Assembly (NCBI GenBank): GCA_009859145.1
Contig: VRVR01000009.1
Coordinates: 333,643-355,055 of the forward strand
DNA length: 21,413 nt
Origin: Andalucia godoyi And28
Taxonomy: Eukaryota > Protista > Jakobida
Reading direction: 5' to 3'
A program made the translations under genes and the position numbers. The notes under the pieces are model-generated. The model saw only the letters and a program-made list of their open reading frames with translations, was not told the origin of the DNA and ran no database searches. Positions within the stretch are counted from its first letter, which is position 1; each line of letters opens with the position of its first letter. Of the stretch, positions 18,815-21,413 are shown piece by piece.

Positions 18815-20148
18815 GGATACAGATAGTTGTCGGTCTTTCGCACTTTTTCACGCTCCAGAAACAATACTCAAAACAAGTCAAACCGGAGACTAGGAGGGGA
18901 AGGAATGCTGTCCTTTGTGCAACAACATCCAAGAAGAGGGTGATGGTATCTGTGAAGTCGTGCACTAACTGCGATTCTCGGAGATAAATCGGATCCTAAA
19001 ATCCGGAGACAGTTTTTTCCCGAAACAGGCACTTTCGCCATCACTGGCCTGAGCAGAATTGAAGAAGACATTCAAATTGTGTTCGAGCCAAACGCCGCCG
19101 TGCTGCCTCGAAGGAATGTTTCTGGAACAGTCAAATCTTTGGGTCGAACAGCGGTGGTCGCATCCGGCAGAAATGAATCTCGATTTTCCTGAAATGGAAA
19201 TGAGAACCCGTCTGTGAATCTGAGATCGAATGGTGTGCCGCTTCCGCCGTCGACGCGGCTTGTTCTGGACACACACAGTACAGGAAAGACCACGTAGCCT
19301 CCCTTTCGGGACAATGCACAAGAAACCACGCGACAAGAAAACGAGGCACCCAAGCACCTGAACATACTTGCAGACGGCTTATTCAAGCTGCTGCTTTTTG
19401 AAACATAAAAATTATCAAAACGGAAATGAAAACACGTGAACAACGAAAGGAGCGATGTTACGTCGCAGTGAGGAGGAAACGGAATCGAGATAATCCGACG
19501 TAGGGTTCACTGACCGACGGTCTAGCAGACACGACTCGGCTCGCCGGACATGCACGCCGTGTCCCGCAGGCACGTACTTAGCATCGAACGACTCGACAAA
19601 CTGCACGCTAAGAGCAGCTGGAAATGCATCGGATCCTGTCGCCTTTTCGCTTTCTCTTGTTTGCGTGTTCACATTCTTGTTCGTCGTTTGTGTCTCTGTA
19701 AGTAATACTATATTCGTGATACCTTGTGCTTGGCAGCATTTGCAGCCGAAGTGCGCTTTGGTGCCGCAAGTCCTGCAGCCTCTGCGTAGTTTCCCAAAGA
19801 AACTGCATCTCCAGAAGAATTACTGCAGTAACTCCATGTAAAACCACATAAAAGCCAAGGAAAGCCCACCTTTTCAAACATTTTCTCGTGATGATATTAT
19901 ACTCTCGCAGCGCAAGAATTCCGCCCTTTTATTGCTCTTTATTCTGCGTTGAAAGGGAAGAATCGATGGATATCCTTCAGGCGCCGCACATTTTTCTGAT
20001 AATGAGGAAGGCACTGCCCCTTGTGTACAGGAAGTTCACATGACACGGAAAATCAGCAGTTCATGAGAGCATACCCTTTGTTTATGTGCGTCCGCCCGTT
20101 GTCTGGTGGTATGCGAGACGGACGGTGATTGTCGATGCTACTACGAGG

Positions 20149-21390
20149 CTAGCCATTGGGGACACAGCCACTGGAATTGCAGACGAAGCGCTGTTGCAGG
20201 AATCTGTAAATATTCTCATTGGACAGCAGTGCCTTGTAGATGAATCCCGTGGGGGCTTCCTCGGAGGCCCAAGCATACAGAATGGGGGTTCGCTCCGCAA
20301 GAGCGACTCCCAGGCCTCGTCGAGGCCGCCCGCCATTCGATGACGTGTAGTTGTGGATGGAATACTGCCTCGTGCTCAGCTGCCCTCCCGCAATGTAATC
20401 GACGTACAATGTGGACATTGTCTGCCACGGGACAGACGCGCGGGCGCATGTATATGCAATTGGACTGGATGGAGTGAACCATGTGTTTGATGTCACGTTG
20501 ACCGCAAAGTCTCCAAAGCTTGCGAGGCCCGTGTACGGATCCACAAAATCGCATCCGTCAGTTCCCAGCGGTGTGAAGCCATCCGGGCCCATAACAGAGG
20601 TATCAAAAGTAAATACCCGTACTGCGGAGAAGTCCATGAGATCCACTCTGTCGACGTTTGCCACATTGAAACCTGTAGCAAACTGGTATGTTCCGTGGGT
20701 GTAAAATGCGTCGAACTGACCGGGAATGCGTGCGAAATCAAAAATCGGAAGATTATTACCGGAATAAGCGGTGTACGTATTGAGGATTTTTCCGCTGAAC
20801 GCCTGCAAGTCCACGCCAACAGAATGGCGGAGATTGCCCTGCATGATGGGGTGTCGGAACGAAAAGAACGCATGCGTGGAGCAGTGACAGGCGGCATCTT
20901 CATTGAACCACATAGGATATCCGAGAATTTCAGTTCCTCTATAGAGCACGTCGTTTGCGGTCATCGTCACATTCAGGCTGAATCCACCCTCCACGAGCAG
21001 CGTGTCGGGATTGATTTGCAAAAAGTACGCCTGAACAGTGGTACTCAGAGATCCGTTGCTGACGACTGCGTAGAGCTTGCCGCGCGACGGGGAGTAGCCC
21101 AGCGAAACAGGGGGGCCATACGCACTAGGAAGGGCAGTGAAGTTCTCCATGCTCATCTGTCCATATGTATCAATGCGAGCAATTCCAGGATTCGGTTTGA
21201 CGACACTGATATACATCTTTGAACCGCACTCGTCCAGAGCCACAGCTTCGCCAAACCTCATGCCCGGAAGCTCAAGCGCTGCCGTCACATGGACAGTGCT
21301 GTTGGGAGTTGACGGATAGCAGAGCGAACCCGATGCAGCTGCAAAAGCAAGCAGCGCACACACACTAGCTACAAGAAGCGCTGTCTTCAT
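20149..21390 (-). CDS. Secreted beta-strand-rich protein of unknown function (possible beta-propeller)
   Basis: ATG 21390 starts the signal peptide MKTALLVASVCALLAFAAASG, giving 413 aa. Blade-like segments include AVALDECGSKMYISV, SLGYSPSRGKLYAVV and VALAERTPILYAWA. Several N-x-S/T sequons; no TM anchor. Confidence 0.85.
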   Translation of the reverse strand: MKTALLVASVCALLAFAAASGSLCYPSTPNSTVHVTAALELPGMRFGEAVALDECGSKMYISVVKPNPGIARIDTYGQMSMENFTALPSAYGPPVSLGYSPSRGKLYAVVSNGSLSTTVQAYFLQINPDTLLVEGGFSLNVTMTANDVLYRGTEILGYPMWFNEDAACHCSTHAFFSFRHPIMQGNLRHSVGVDLQAFSGKILNTYTAYSGNNLPIFDFARIPGQFDAFYTHGTYQFATGFNVANVDRVDLMDFSAVRVFTFDTSVMGPDGFTPLGTDGCDFVDPYTGLASFGDFAVNVTSNTWFTPSSPIAYTCARASVPWQTMSTLYVDYIAGGQLSTRQYSIHNYTSSNGGRPRRGLGVALAERTPILYAWASEEAPTGFIYKALLSNENIYRFLQQRFVCNSSGCVPNG

Positions 21391-21413
21391 CTCTTCACCA
21401 GACACCGACAATG

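Noticed and set aside
18868-19877. Short - strand ORFs upstream of the large cyclase, including a TM-like stretch and a LGNYAEAA TPR-like word
   Set aside because: Too short and interrupted to support; could be chance.
1-21413. Bacterial operon, prophage, CRISPR array, rRNA/tRNA or transposon
   Set aside because: Spacers are long, there are no consistent Shine-Dalgarno sites, and the Cys-rich and Tmc-like proteins are eukaryotic types. I saw no repeat-spacer array, RNA-gene signature, transposase or terminal inverted repeat.
1-21413. Alternative genetic code or systematic programmed frameshifting
   Set aside because: All long genes read through conserved motifs under the standard code, and TAA, TAG and TGA bound frames normally (gene ends use TAG or TAA). 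The frame breaks are confined to marginal fragments with no shared slippery motif.

Overview
Eukaryotic, very intron-poor microbial (protist-like) DNA of roughly balanced GC. I found no rRNA, tRNA, CRISPR array or recognisable mobile element. Five + strand genes converge on two - strand genes. (1) The C-terminal part of a receiver-domain protein, probably a hybrid histidine kinase, truncated by the window edge. (2) A secreted GH18 chitinase that is clearly more GC-rich than its neighbours. (3) A PAS-class III adenylate cyclase with an unresolved 5' end. (4) A type I surface protein of about 1200 aa: seven beta-propeller repeats, about 24 CxxC repeats, a PPC-like domain and a TM helix. (5) A soluble PAS-HisKA-HATPase-REC hybrid kinase. 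(6) On the - strand, a roughly 1700-aa multi-pass, TmcB/C-like PAS-adenylate cyclase with a probable 5' exon missed by the ORF track. (7) On the - strand, a secreted beta-rich orphan protein. Four of the seven genes are phosphorelay or cAMP signalling genes and three are secreted or surface proteins. Several spacers hold coding-like fragments that may be gene relics. Family assignments come from motif recognition only; no database search was run. I cannot show that these genes form one functional system.
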